NCBI GenBank assembly: GCA_964635195.1
Contig: CAZWNC010000001.1
Span: forward strand, 1,312-65,311
Source: an uncultured Candidatus Saccharibacteria bacterium
GTDB taxonomy: Bacteria; Patescibacteriota; Minisyncoccia; Phycocordibacterales; UBA12088
Direction: 5' to 3'
DNA: 64,000 nt
The stretch's first letter is position 1. Every line of letters starts with the position of its first letter. The notes beneath the pieces are model-generated. The model was not told where the DNA came from, did no database searches, and saw only the letters and a list, made by a program, of their open reading frames with translations. Shown in pieces: positions 37,597 to 48,159 of this stretch. The position numbers were made by a program, and so were the translations under genes.

Positions 37597-38775
37597 ATGT
37601 CACCGATTACCTTTGAAATTCTCGCGCGCTCAAAGCATTCAAAAGCGCGTGCGGGCAGTATTCACACTCCGCACGGTAGCATCAAAACGCCTGCTTTTGT
37701 GGCGGTTGGCACCAAAGCTACGGTCAAAGGCGTGACCGTAGACCTGCTCCGTGGTACGGGAGTGCAAACACTCATCGCGAACACGTATCATCTACACCTG
37801 CAACCGGGAAGCCCGCTCGTGCGCGACATCGGCGGTGTGCACGCATTTATGGGTTGGGATGGGCCCATTCTTACCGATTCGGGTGGTTTTCAGGTATTCT
37901 CACTCGGGGCTGCATACGGCAAAACGGTATCCAAGGTGTCGCGCGAGGACTTGGATGCGAACACTCGAACCACGAGTGTGTATGATCCGGACATTGCGTC
38001 TTCACATGGCAAGCTCGCACAAATTGACGAAGAAGGGGTGAGCTTCACGTCGCACATAGATGGTTCGTTGCACCGCTTCACTCCCGAGCGGAGTGTTGAG
38101 ATACAGCACGAGCTTGGCGCGGATATATTTTTTGCGTTCGACGAATGTACCGGCGCTGAGGCGGATCATGCCTACCAAAAGGAAGCGATGGAGCGCACAC
38201 ATCGGTGGGCGGAACGTTCCTTGCGCGCACATCGTCAGAATATTGAAGCCGGCACTCGACAAGGTATCTTTGGTATTGTGCAAGGTGGTAGGTTTGAAGA
38301 TTTGCGTCGTGAGAGTGCGCGAACACTCGCGCACATGGATTTCGATGGGTACGGTATCGGGGGGAGTTATCAAAAACTCGATCTCGATACGGCGGTAGGG
38401 TGGGTGACGGATGAACTGCCCTACGAGAAACCGCGACACTTATTGGGAATCGGTGAGCCGGAAGATCTGCTGCGCGGGGTCGAGCAGGGTATTGACCTGT
38501 TTGACTGTGTACAACCCACTCGTCTCGCTCGTACAGGTACGGTGTACGGGCCAAACGGTGTGAAGATGTCACTGACGAACGAACAGTACACGAGGGACTT
38601 CTCGCCCATTGCTAGTGATTGTGAGTGTATGACATGTGCGGTCTACACTCGTGCGTACCTGCGGCATCTATTCATCGCACACGAGATGCTTGGTGCCACA
38701 CTCGCGAGTGTGCACAATCTGCACTTTCTTGCGAGACTGGTGGAACGAGAACGAGAACGGATTTTGAACGAGTAG
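37597..38775 (+). CDS. tgt: Queuine tRNA-ribosyltransferase
   Basis: TPAFVAVGTKATVKG, LTDSGGFQV, zinc site CxCxxC...H (CECMTCAVYTRAYLRHL). Confidence 0.85.
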   Translation: MSPITFEILARSKHSKARAGSIHTPHGSIKTPAFVAVGTKATVKGVTVDLLRGTGVQTLIANTYHLHLQPGSPLVRDIGGVHAFMGWDGPILTDSGGFQVFSLGAAYGKTVSKVSREDLDANTRTTSVYDPDIASSHGKLAQIDEEGVSFTSHIDGSLHRFTPERSVEIQHELGADIFFAFDECTGAEADHAYQKEAMERTHRWAERSLRAHRQNIEAGTRQGIFGIVQGGRFEDLRRESARTLAHMDFDGYGIGGSYQKLDLDTAVGWVTDELPYEKPRHLLGIGEPEDLLRGVEQGIDLFDCVQPTRLARTGTVYGPNGVKMSLTNEQYTRDFSPIASDCECMTCAVYTRAYLRHLFIAHEMLGATLASVHNLHFLARLVERERERILNE

Positions 38776-38849
38776 AGTGGCTTTGATACGTATCAAAGTT
38801 CCGCCACGAAACTACCATTCTTATGAAAAATGTGGTATAATATTACCTT

Positions 38850-40904
38850 ATGTCACGCACACCAACGAAAGGTTCATTTGACCTGCATGCTCCGTTTACG
38901 CCCGCCGGTGACCAACCGGAAGCGATACACGCGCTTGTGGAAGGTGTGCGAGCAGGTCTTCGTCACCAGACCCTTTTTGGAGCGACCGGTACCGGCAAGA
39001 CCTATACGGTGGCGAATGTGATAGCACAGGTACAGCAGCCCACCTTAGTAATCGCACACAATAAAACCCTCGCAGCACAGCTTGCGCAGGAGTATCGCGA
39101 GTTTTTTCCAAATAATGCGGTACACTACTTCGTTTCCTACTATGATTTTTACCAACCGGAAGCCTACATGCCGGTATCGGACACGTATATAGAAAAGGAG
39201 GCGATGGTGAACGCGGAAATCGAACGATTGCGACATGCGTCGACTCAGGCGCTCCTGACGCGACGCGACGTGATCGTTGTTGCTTCGGTGTCTTGCATTT
39301 ACGGTCTCGGGAGTCCCAAGGAATACGAGAAGGTGCACCTACGGTTGGAACGTGGTGCCACACTCGACCGCACGACGTTCATTCGTGAACTTGTCCGCAT
39401 TCATTTCTCGCGCACGAGTGCAGATCTTGAGCCCGGCCTGTTTCGCGCGCGCGGTAATCAGGTTGAGGTCATGCCAACGAACGAGCGTGTAATCTATCGG
39501 TTCGGGTTTACGGGTGACTCACTCGGGGTCATCGAAGAGATTGATGCGATATCGCGAGTCATTCGATGTGAGCATGATACGTTATTCCTTTTTCCCGCAA
39601 AACATTTCGTTACTTCACCGGAAGATGCGAAACGAGCGTTTCTCGACATACGGAAGGAGCTTACTGTGCGATTGAAAGAATTTAAAGCTCGTGGCAAAGT
39701 GCTCGAGCACGAGCGGTTAAAGCGACGCGCAGAACATGATCTCGCACTCATCCGTGAGATCGGGTACTGTAACGGTATCGAAAATTACTCACGTCACTTC
39801 GACGGACGTAAAGCAGGCGAGCCGTCACACACATTGCTTTCGTATTTTCCGCACCTATCCGATGGTACTCCCGACTTTCTTACCGTAATCGATGAATCAC
39901 ACGTGACCGTACCGCAGCTCTCAGGTATGTATGCGGGAGATCGAGCTCGAAAGGAAACACTGGTTGAACACGGTTTCCGACTTCCTTCAGCGCTCGACAA
40001 CCGACCTCTCATGTTCGATGAGTTTTGTGAACGGGTGGGGCAAGTGGTGTATACAAGTGCGACACCGGCTGCGTATGAACGCACTCTTTCCACTCCACCT
40101 GCAGGTAAGACGGTCGAACAGATCATCCGTCCGACCGGACTTTTAGACCCGGAAATCATTATTCGTCCTATTGTGGGTCATGCAAGGTACAAGGGGCAGG
40201 TCTATGATTTTATCATGGAGGCGCAACGTGTGGCGAAGGTTGGAGAGCGTGCGCTCGTCACCACGCTTACAAAGAAAATGGCGGAGGATCTCTCCGGCTT
40301 TCTACGTGACAAGGGTTTGGCGGCGGAATACTTACACAGTGACGTTAAGACGATCGATCGTATCGAGATACTGACGAAGTTTCGTAAGGGTGATTTTGAT
40401 GTGTTGGTGGGAGTCAACTTGTTGCGAGAGGGATTGGATCTCCCGGAGGTGTCGTTAGTGGGGATTTTGGATGCTGATAAAGAAGGATTTTTGCGCTCAG
40501 AGACAGCGCTCATTCAGACTATAGGGAGGGCTGCACGAAATGTAAACGGTAAAGTGTTGCTGTATGCAGACGCCATTACCGACTCGATGCGACGTGCAAT
40601 CGACGAAACGGAGCGTCGTCGGGTCGTACAACAATCGTACAACACAAAGCATAACATTACTCCAACCACGATACGTAAGGCCATCAAGGATATTACCGAA
40701 TCATTACGCAATGAGCATCAAAAGGCGGTGCACACACTTCTCGCAGTCGATCGTGCGCGGTACGAAAAAGCTCCCGACGCTCTTATAAAAGAGAAGCGAA
40801 TACACATGCAGAATGCCGTTAAACGTCTCGACTTTGAGACTGCTGCCATCTTGCGAGATGAAATACGGGCGCTCGAATCAATGCAACGTGAGTCTACTAC
40901 TTGA
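38850..40904 (+). CDS. uvrB: Excinuclease ABC subunit B
   Basis: GATGTGKTYT Walker A, helicase motifs, C-terminal UVR domain (FETAAILRDEIRAL). Confidence 0.95.
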   Translation: MSRTPTKGSFDLHAPFTPAGDQPEAIHALVEGVRAGLRHQTLFGATGTGKTYTVANVIAQVQQPTLVIAHNKTLAAQLAQEYREFFPNNAVHYFVSYYDFYQPEAYMPVSDTYIEKEAMVNAEIERLRHASTQALLTRRDVIVVASVSCIYGLGSPKEYEKVHLRLERGATLDRTTFIRELVRIHFSRTSADLEPGLFRARGNQVEVMPTNERVIYRFGFTGDSLGVIEEIDAISRVIRCEHDTLFLFPAKHFVTSPEDAKRAFLDIRKELTVRLKEFKARGKVLEHERLKRRAEHDLALIREIGYCNGIENYSRHFDGRKAGEPSHTLLSYFPHLSDGTPDFLTVIDESHVTVPQLSGMYAGDRARKETLVEHGFRLPSALDNRPLMFDEFCERVGQVVYTSATPAAYERTLSTPPAGKTVEQIIRPTGLLDPEIIIRPIVGHARYKGQVYDFIMEAQRVAKVGERALVTTLTKKMAEDLSGFLRDKGLAAEYLHSDVKTIDRIEILTKFRKGDFDVLVGVNLLREGLDLPEVSLVGILDADKEGFLRSETALIQTIGRAARNVNGKVLLYADAITDSMRRAIDETERRRVVQQSYNTKHNITPTTIRKAIKDITESLRNEHQKAVHTLLAVDRARYEKAPDALIKEKRIHMQNAVKRLDFETAAILRDEIRALESMQRESTT

Positions 40905-41100
40905 ACTTAAGGTGTACGAGCGAAAAGTAGGCCATGATGAACGAAAGTCCGCAGAATGCCCACAATGCGAAGTTTGGAACGGTGGTTCCCGAGAGAATGA
41001 CCGAATCGGTTTGTGTGGCGAGTGTTCCGAGTCCAATCGCACACAGCATGTAAATAATCGCGGAGGCAATCGAGAAGAACGGTTGGCGCATGCGGATCAT
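40897..41100 (-). CDS. Possible small 2-TM membrane protein (67 aa)
   Basis: Two hydrophobic helices. Sits in the uvrB-uvrA intergenic gap. Weak. Confidence 0.25.
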   Translation of the reverse strand: MIRMRQPFFSIASAIIYMLCAIGLGTLATQTDSVILSGTTVPNFALWAFCGLSFIMAYFSLVHLKFK

Positions 41101-41282
41101 AGTGTATGTGTTTATAGTAAGGCTACCGTTTTTGTGACGTGTAGCACAGTCGAGCTTATTTCTTATTTCTGTATCGTATCGTATTCACCCCCGTGCGGGT
41201 ATGGTTGGAGTGTGGATAAGAGAATGGTACACTCGTCCGTGCGGATTATAGTTATATCGAGCACGCTTCCGCCCAGTAACGT

Positions 41283-43871
41283 ATGCAAGACACTATTATC
41301 GTAAAGGGTGCACGCACGCACAATCTTCGAAACGTGACCGTTGAGCTACCACGCAACGCGATGGTGGTGTTTACTGGTTTGTCCGGGTCTGGCAAATCGT
41401 CCCTCGCGTTCGATACCATTTTTGCAGAAGGGCAGCGACGCTATGTTGAATCACTTTCTGCGTATGCACGACAGTTTCTGAACCAAATGCAAAAGCCGGA
41501 TGTTGACGAAATAACGGGACTTTCTCCGGCCATATCGATTGATCAAAAGTCACGTTCGAATAATCCTCGTTCGACGGTCGCGACCATTACCGAGATATAC
41601 GATTATCTTCGCATCTTGTACGCACGTGTGGGGACCGCATACTGTGTCGGATGCAGTAAGCCGGTTCGGAAACTTTCTCGGGAGGAGATGCAACGAGTGG
41701 TATTTGATGCGGTGCAGAGCGGAACGGCAAAGAATAAAAAAGAGGTGCTTGGAGTTTCCTACGATGATGGCAAGGTTCGACTCTGGTCACCTGTTGTTGT
41801 GGGGCGAAAGGGAGAGTACTACCAGCTGCTTTACGATCTCTTGGGAAAGGGGTATGAGCGTGTAAAGATTGACGGAGTTGAGTACCCGCTCCGGGAGAAG
41901 ATCGTACTTGCGAAACATGTGCGTCACGCGATCAGCGTACTCGTTGATGAGATTCACGCAAGCGCGTTACGTTCGGGAGAGCGTGATGCACGCGAGCGAC
42001 TCACGGAGGCGATTGAGCTTGCGTTACATGAATCCGACGGCTTGATCGAAATCGAATCACCGGATGGTATCGTACAGACACTTTCCTCGAAGTTCGTGTG
42101 CGCGGCGTGTGGGCTTGCCTTTCCTGAGGTGGAGCCACGTCTTTTTTCATTCAATTCCCCCTATGGGGCATGTGAGGGGTGCAATGGTCTCGGGACAACC
42201 GGTTTTCTGCATGAGGAGGTGTGTACCGTGTGTCACGGTGCTCGTTTGCGTCCTGAAGCACTTCATGTGCTTGTGGGAGGAGGGGTTGGTACGGGAAGGA
42301 ATATCGTAGATTTGACCGCACGATCGATAGATGATGCGCAGTCATTCATCCAAGATCTTGCACTCACGGAAAAAGAACGCGAGATAGCCAAAGTGGTCTT
42401 GAAGGAAATTGAAGCGCGTCTCAGTTTTATGCAAAATGTCGGTATCGAGTACCTCACGTTAGACCGTCGTGCGAATACGCTTTCGGGTGGGGAAGCGCAG
42501 CGTATTCGACTTGCAAGCCAGCTTGGGAGCGGTCTCGTGGGAGCACTCTATGTCCTGGACGAGCCGACGATAGGTCTACATCAACGTGACAATGAACGAC
42601 TCATTCGAACACTTACCGCACTTCGTGATCTTGGTAACACCATCATCGTGGTCGAGCATGACGAAGACACTATATTCGCGTCAGACTATCTGGTGGATAT
42701 CGGTCCGGGTGCGGGGATACATGGTGGCAATGTGGTGGTGTCGGGTCGTCTGGATGACCTGATTACGGCGGAAACAAACGCGAGTGGTTCTCGTACGCTC
42801 GCATATCTTCGCGGAGAAGAGGTAATACCTGTTCCTGACAAGCGGCGCGATGAAGATCGTGGGTGGCTTCGAATACGCGGAGGTACCGCCTACAACATTG
42901 CAGAGCTCAATGCCGACATTCCGCTGGGACGTCTCGTGTGTGTCACGGGGGTTTCCGGTTCCGGAAAATCGACCTTCATGTACGAGCTCCTCTTTAAGAA
43001 TCTGCGTGCGCGGCTTGAAAAAGAGCACCGTTCGGTTGAACTTTTCAATATTACCAGCATGACCGGCACCGAGTATCTTTCGCGGGTCGTTTTGATCGAT
43101 CAGTCGCCCATCGGTCGCACCCCAAGAAGTAACCCGGCAACGTACACCGGCGCGTGGTCTTACATTCGTGAACTTTTTGCCGCAGCTGAGGAGTCGCGTG
43201 CGCGCGGATGGAAACCGTCACGGTTCTCTTTCAATGTGGCGCAAAATCGGGGAAGTGGTCGGTGTGAGGCGTGCCAGGGAAATGGAACTATCGCCGTTGA
43301 GATGCATTTCCTACCGACAGTCTACGTGACGTGTGATGTGTGTGATGGCAAACGGTTCACGAAGGATACCCTTGAGGTGCGATACAAAAAGAAGAACGTG
43401 CACGACGTACTGCACCTGTCGGTTGATGCCGCGCTCGACTTTTTCAACGATATCCCGCAGATTTATGATCGACTGAAAACGCTCAGGGATGTCGGCCTCG
43501 GATACTTGGAACTGGGTCAAAGTGCAAACACACTCTCTGGCGGAGAAGCGCAGAGGGTGAAGATTTCAAGCGAACTGTACCGGCCGTATACGCAAAAGAC
43601 CATTTATTTGCTCGATGAGCCGACCATTGGTTTGCACTATGATGATGTTCGACGCTTGATCGATATTCTTCAGGAATTGGTGAAGCGTGGTAACACGGTG
43701 GTCTTGATCGAACACAACATGGATGTTGTCAAGTCATGCGATTGGCTCATTGATATCGGTCCCGATGGAGGAAGTGGAGGGGGTAAAATTGTTGCGAAAG
43801 GTACCCCTGAGCATGTGGCAAAACGTAAGGGCTCGTATACCGGAACCTACTTGAAGAAAGTACTTGGATAG
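41283..43871 (+). CDS. uvrA: Excinuclease ABC subunit A (compact, 862 aa)
   Basis: Tandem ABC ATPase modules (GLSGSGKSS / GVSGSGKST), zinc-finger Cys pairs, canonical N-terminus. Confidence 0.95.
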   Translation: MQDTIIVKGARTHNLRNVTVELPRNAMVVFTGLSGSGKSSLAFDTIFAEGQRRYVESLSAYARQFLNQMQKPDVDEITGLSPAISIDQKSRSNNPRSTVATITEIYDYLRILYARVGTAYCVGCSKPVRKLSREEMQRVVFDAVQSGTAKNKKEVLGVSYDDGKVRLWSPVVVGRKGEYYQLLYDLLGKGYERVKIDGVEYPLREKIVLAKHVRHAISVLVDEIHASALRSGERDARERLTEAIELALHESDGLIEIESPDGIVQTLSSKFVCAACGLAFPEVEPRLFSFNSPYGACEGCNGLGTTGFLHEEVCTVCHGARLRPEALHVLVGGGVGTGRNIVDLTARSIDDAQSFIQDLALTEKEREIAKVVLKEIEARLSFMQNVGIEYLTLDRRANTLSGGEAQRIRLASQLGSGLVGALYVLDEPTIGLHQRDNERLIRTLTALRDLGNTIIVVEHDEDTIFASDYLVDIGPGAGIHGGNVVVSGRLDDLITAETNASGSRTLAYLRGEEVIPVPDKRRDEDRGWLRIRGGTAYNIAELNADIPLGRLVCVTGVSGSGKSTFMYELLFKNLRARLEKEHRSVELFNITSMTGTEYLSRVVLIDQSPIGRTPRSNPATYTGAWSYIRELFAAAEESRARGWKPSRFSFNVAQNRGSGRCEACQGNGTIAVEMHFLPTVYVTCDVCDGKRFTKDTLEVRYKKKNVHDVLHLSVDAALDFFNDIPQIYDRLKTLRDVGLGYLELGQSANTLSGGEAQRVKISSELYRPYTQKTIYLLDEPTIGLHYDDVRRLIDILQELVKRGNTVVLIEHNMDVVKSCDWLIDIGPDGGSGGGKIVAKGTPEHVAKRKGSYTGTYLKKVLG

Positions 43872-44000
43872 ACTTGTGTGTTTTGAGCATGGCAGTGAAG
43901 CCCGCTCGGTTGAGTCGGGGTAATTCTGATCGGCATAACCGTTTATTCGACGTCGAAACATGTCCTTGCGGACGTTACATATCTTGGTATCATCATCTCC

Positions 44001-45293
44001 ATGACACGCGATCACTCAAGCATGCGGTCTTTGCCCGACACTCCGGGCGTGTATTTTTTTATCGGCGCACGCCGTGAAGTGCTCTACGTGGGCAAGGCGA
44101 CGTCGCTTTTGGGTCGCGTGCGGAGCTATTTTGCGACAGATCTCGCAACCACTCGTGGCCAGCACATTGTGCATATGGTGGAAGAAGCATTGCGGGTTGA
44201 ATTTCGTGAGACCGACAGTGTGCTTGAGGCACTCATACTCGAGGCGAAATGTATCAAGGAGCTGAAGCCTCGGTATAATACACGTGATAAGGATGACAAG
44301 AGTTGGAACTACGTCGTTATTACCATGCAGGAGTCGTTTCCGAGAGTGCTTTTGGTGCGTGGAAAAGATCTGGAGGCAAAACTTCGTGAATTCGGATCTT
44401 TACTGCAAGGTGGAGCGTTAGATATTCCCTGTTATGGTCCGTTCGTTCATGCGGCGCAACTGAAAGAAGCCCTGAAACTGGTCCGGAAAATCTTTCCGTT
44501 TTACGACTCTGCAGTACCGGTGCAGACACTGCGTGTACGCGATGACAGGAAACTGAGGTTCAATGAATCCATCGGCATATATCCTCGCGAAGGTACGAAT
44601 GAAAAGCAGTACGCTCGAACGATACAACACATACGACTGTTGTTTGATGGGAAGAAGCAACATATTTTACGCTCGCTCGAACGCGATATGCGAACGTACG
44701 CACTCAAGGAGGAGTTTGAAGAAGCTGCGTATTGTAAGCGACAGATATTTGCTCTTCGTCACGTGAACGACGTGTCACTTTTGCGTCGGGATACCGAGGG
44801 AGTTTCGCGAGCGCAACAGGGTGTACGAATCGAGGGGTACGACGTAGCACATTTGCAGGGTGCCGGTATGGTCGGAGTTATGACGGTCGTTGTGGGCGGA
44901 GAAGTACGTACGCGTGAGTACCGCACGTTCAGCATTCGTTCCGTAGAGAAAAGTAATGACACTGCCGCGTTGCGTGAAGTGCTGTTGCGTCGTTTCGGAC
45001 ACCCTGAGTGGGAGTACCCGCGCGCTCTTGTTGTTGATGGGGGCAAAGCGCAGTTGAATACGGCGCGTGCGGTTGTACGTGAGCTCGGTATGGAGATACC
45101 CGTTGTTGCGGTGACCAAAGACGACCATCATCGTCCAAAAGCCCTCTTGGGGCCACTCCCGTGGCGCACGACGTACGCGCATGAGGTGCTTTTGGTGAAT
45201 GCAGAAGCACACCGTTTTTCACTCGCACAACATCGGTCTGCCACTCGACGTGCGCTGGTGAAAGGGAGCACTCGAAAGGGGGTCGATAGGTAA
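44001..45293 (+). CDS. uvrC: Excinuclease ABC subunit C, short form (GIY-YIG + UvrBC-interacting + EndoV-like; lacks C-terminal (HhH)2)
   Basis: GVYFFIGARREVLYVGKATSL...YNTRDKDD GIY-YIG. 430 aa versus about 600 typical. Confidence 0.8.
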   Translation: MTRDHSSMRSLPDTPGVYFFIGARREVLYVGKATSLLGRVRSYFATDLATTRGQHIVHMVEEALRVEFRETDSVLEALILEAKCIKELKPRYNTRDKDDKSWNYVVITMQESFPRVLLVRGKDLEAKLREFGSLLQGGALDIPCYGPFVHAAQLKEALKLVRKIFPFYDSAVPVQTLRVRDDRKLRFNESIGIYPREGTNEKQYARTIQHIRLLFDGKKQHILRSLERDMRTYALKEEFEEAAYCKRQIFALRHVNDVSLLRRDTEGVSRAQQGVRIEGYDVAHLQGAGMVGVMTVVVGGEVRTREYRTFSIRSVEKSNDTAALREVLLRRFGHPEWEYPRALVVDGGKAQLNTARAVVRELGMEIPVVAVTKDDHHRPKALLGPLPWRTTYAHEVLLVNAEAHRFSLAQHRSATRRALVKGSTRKGVDR

Positions 45294-45416
45294 AAGCGGA
45301 CATATATTTTTTTGCGCATCTGGGTTGCGTCTTTCAAAGGACGTTTGCCCCGTTATGCACGTTGTGCAATACGGGCGCGATGGTGTCGTGTCGTCCGTTG
45401 CTGGTATACTATAGGT

Positions 45417-46484
45417 ATGATTAAGCCACGTGTGGGAGTAATGCGCGGCGGTCCATCACCTGAATATGAGGTTTCGCTTAAGACGGGGCGAGCTGTTTTG
45501 CAGCATGTCTCGCGCGAGCGGTACGAGGTACTCGACCTCTTTATCGACCGAATGGGTGTCTGGCACGTGCGGGGCAAACCTGTCGAGCCAGCACGTGCAT
45601 TGAGTCAAGTCGACGTCGTATTCAACGCACTGCATGGCAAGTATGGAGAAGATGGCGCGCTCCAGCGATACATGGACATGCATCGCGTGCGATACACCGG
45701 TTCTGATGCATTAGGGTCGGGTGTCGCGATGCACAAGGGGCTCACCAAGCGTGAGCTTTTCCGACGATTGTTTGATGATGAGAGTCCTGTGCCGACGGCG
45801 GGGTATCGACCGGTGTACGTTCCCCTACCTGCGCGCCCGCATCGTGAGGCAGGTGTGCGTGGGGGTGAGCGAGCACGATTGCTTTTTCCAGCTGACATTG
45901 TCCTTTCGGCGCCTGCCGATGCAGGTGAGCTTGCCGGGGTGTTCGAACGTCTTTCTCCTCCACTCATGGTGAAGCCGATGAACGGTGGCTCGTCATTAGG
46001 TATGAGTGTCGTGCGTTCGCGAGATGAGTTTTTGTACGCAGTGCTCTTTGCGTTTGAAAATGCGGAACAAGTGCTGGTGGAACAGTACGTGCGGGGTAGA
46101 GAAGTGACCGTCGCGGTTTTGGAAGATTTTCGTGGGGAGGAGCAGTATGCTTTCCCACCCGTAGAGGTGGTACCTACCAAAAACTCGTGGTTTGACTATG
46201 AAGAAAAGTATGCAGGTCATGCACGGGAACTGTGTCCGGCGCCAGTGCGACCTGAAACGACTCGGGCACTTCTTGAGCTTGCACGTCACATACACCGGAC
46301 GCTCGGCTTGCGAGACTACTCACGGAGTGACTTCATCCTGGGGCGTGATGGTATCTATTTCCTAGAGGTGAACACACTTCCGGGGCTTACCAACACGTCA
46401 CTCTTGCCGAGGGCGGTCGAATCCGTTGGCGCTACATTGCCCCAATTTGTAGACCACGTGCTGACTCGTGCACTTGCACGATAA
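45417..46484 (+). CDS. ddl: D-alanine--D-alanine ligase
   Basis: ATP-grasp with Ddl layout (VFNALHGKYGEDGALQ, LMVKPMNGGSSLGMSVV, YFLEVNTLPGLT). Start MIKPRVGVMRGG. Confidence 0.85.
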   Translation: MIKPRVGVMRGGPSPEYEVSLKTGRAVLQHVSRERYEVLDLFIDRMGVWHVRGKPVEPARALSQVDVVFNALHGKYGEDGALQRYMDMHRVRYTGSDALGSGVAMHKGLTKRELFRRLFDDESPVPTAGYRPVYVPLPARPHREAGVRGGERARLLFPADIVLSAPADAGELAGVFERLSPPLMVKPMNGGSSLGMSVVRSRDEFLYAVLFAFENAEQVLVEQYVRGREVTVAVLEDFRGEEQYAFPPVEVVPTKNSWFDYEEKYAGHARELCPAPVRPETTRALLELARHIHRTLGLRDYSRSDFILGRDGIYFLEVNTLPGLTNTSLLPRAVESVGATLPQFVDHVLTRALAR

Positions 46485-46486
46485 AT

Positions 46487-46521
46487 AAAAAACCGCCGTA
46501 CACCATGTTGGTGTACGGCGG
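46487..46521. terminator. Hairpin terminator (12-bp GC-rich stem) serving the convergent minus-strand secreted-protein genes; possibly also ddl
   Basis: ccgccgtacacc-atgt-ggtgtacggcgg. Flanking A-run on + gives a U-run for minus-strand transcripts. Confidence 0.65.
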
Positions 46522-46535
46522 CGCGTTACGCATGA

Positions 46536-46955
46536 CTAGAGGTCGCAGTCTCCTTTGCATCCTCCATTTTGGTCGACGTCGACACGGGTGCCGACGTTAA
46601 CAAAAACGGGATTTCCACCACTGGAAGACTCAGACATGGCCTGCGCCTTCATGTGGTCTCCGATGACGCTCGCTGTCGCAACAGGCACAGAGCTCGCCAG
46701 ATTTTGAAGCATGCCCTGTGCAGTGCCGACGTTTGCAGCGCCACCGATATGCTTCACCTGCGTTGAAGCCCCCTCCATTATGATCGCGTAGCGGTCAATA
46801 ACAACTGGCCCGCCGTGTCCCCGTACGCCGTTGTCGACGTAGCAGTGTGTAAGGCGAGTACTTCCCTGCGGGCCGACATCAACGCATTCCGATGTCGGTT
46901 TGATTGCACAACCCACAAGTGCGAGAAGTGCGATGCTGATCAACAATATTTTCAT
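46536..46955 (-). CDS. Small lipoprotein (signal peptide with LVGC lipobox)
   Basis: MKILLISIALLALVGCAIKP. Several Cys in the mature part. Contains an internal GTCGACGTCGAC motif. Confidence 0.5.
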   Translation of the reverse strand: MKILLISIALLALVGCAIKPTSECVDVGPQGSTRLTHCYVDNGVRGHGGPVVIDRYAIIMEGASTQVKHIGGAANVGTAQGMLQNLASSVPVATASVIGDHMKAQAMSESSSGGNPVFVNVGTRVDVDQNGGCKGDCDL

Positions 46956-47512
46956 TTCTTTCCTCCGGTGGTGAATTGGCACTCAAAAAGGTTGCTGTCA
47001 AAGGTTGTTGTCGTTGCGGTACCGCCGACAAACGTCGACCCCACTCCCGCACCTGCACCGCCTACGGTACTGGACCCTTGTTCTTTACCCGTGTCACGGC
47101 AGATCATGCGAGGGTCGCCACCTTTGGCGCGCACAGCGTTTCCGCATGTGCCACTGAAGATTGGGCTACCGTTGATACATGCGAAGCGCTCGTCCGGGTA
47201 TGCTTGTCGGTAGATAGTACCGACACTCCATGTGCCGTCCGCAAAACGAAGTCCGTCGCTCCAGAACCATCCCTGATATGAACAGGTAGCATAGCTTTTT
47301 GTTGCGAGCACTTCACTTGCGTGTGCTCTTGTCCATCCTTGATGGTGGGCGAGGCCTTCGGTAAACGCTTGCGCATACGGTGTATGTTGCAACGTTTGCC
47401 ATGCTTCGTGAGGTGCTCGTCCGTGAGCGTGTTCGAGAAAGGGCTTCAGCTCTCCTCCGGGCGCGTTAGTTGCTCCTCCCGCGAGTAGCACGAGGATGAG
47501 TAAGACATACAT
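46952..47512 (-). CDS. Secreted Cys-containing protein (about 187 aa)
   Basis: Signal peptide MYVLLILVLLAGGATNA. The mature region has 6 Cys and Trp-rich segments. Start chosen at internal Met of track ORF 46952..47608. Confidence 0.45.
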   Translation of the reverse strand: MYVLLILVLLAGGATNAPGGELKPFLEHAHGRAPHEAWQTLQHTPYAQAFTEGLAHHQGWTRAHASEVLATKSYATCSYQGWFWSDGLRFADGTWSVGTIYRQAYPDERFACINGSPIFSGTCGNAVRAKGGDPRMICRDTGKEQGSSTVGGAGAGVGSTFVGGTATTTTFDSNLFECQFTTGGKK

Positions 47513-47696
47513 AGTAGTGTCGCCTCCGTGGGTTGTGAATGAATCTCTAAATAGTATAGCACATTTCCCAAAAAAAGCAAATAGCGACATGCTACACATG
47601 CTTGACACATAACCGATACTATGCTAATATCGCATGTGGTGAAGGGCTTGTCGTGTCGACAATCCTTTTGTACTTCCAAAAAAGACGGAGATAGAG

Positions 47697-48029
47697 ATGA
47701 AAAAAATCATTGGTTGCATGCTGTTTGCCATCGCCTTCGCGTTTTTCGCAGGGACTGCGTTCGCCTGTGAGGGCGAGTGTGGTGGAAAGCAGTTCACCAA
47801 ACTGAGCGTCAAGTCGGTCGCATTGGCTGAGTCGCTGAATGGCGGGTATGCCGCCGTGAACGTCTATGGAGTTGGCGATTTGCACGTCGACCTGCCCAAC
47901 GGACATGGAACAGCGGGGGGTCACATCGAGGGCGAAGCCTGGGACGAGGGTCTCGGCAAAGCCGGCGCTGGCTTCGGCGGCGCAATCGAGATCGATTTTG
48001 GTAGTTGCCTCTCGGGTTGTGACGAGTAG
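47697..48029 (+). CDS. Small secreted Gly-rich protein with N- and C-terminal Cys pairs (110 aa)
   Basis: Signal peptide MKKIIGCMLFAIAFAFFAGTAFA. CEGECGG near N-terminus and GSCLSGCDE at C-terminus. Confidence 0.5.
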   Translation: MKKIIGCMLFAIAFAFFAGTAFACEGECGGKQFTKLSVKSVALAESLNGGYAAVNVYGVGDLHVDLPNGHGTAGGHIEGEAWDEGLGKAGAGFGGAIEIDFGSCLSGCDE

Positions 48030-48159
48030 TTCCCGAGTGACAGTCACACGTCACGGATGATGTGTGTTTAAAACAGTGAAAAGAGAGACAGGACGTCTCT
48101 CTTTTTTGTATTCGACTAGTACTGATCAGACGATCCACCTTTGTGATACTATTATCAGT

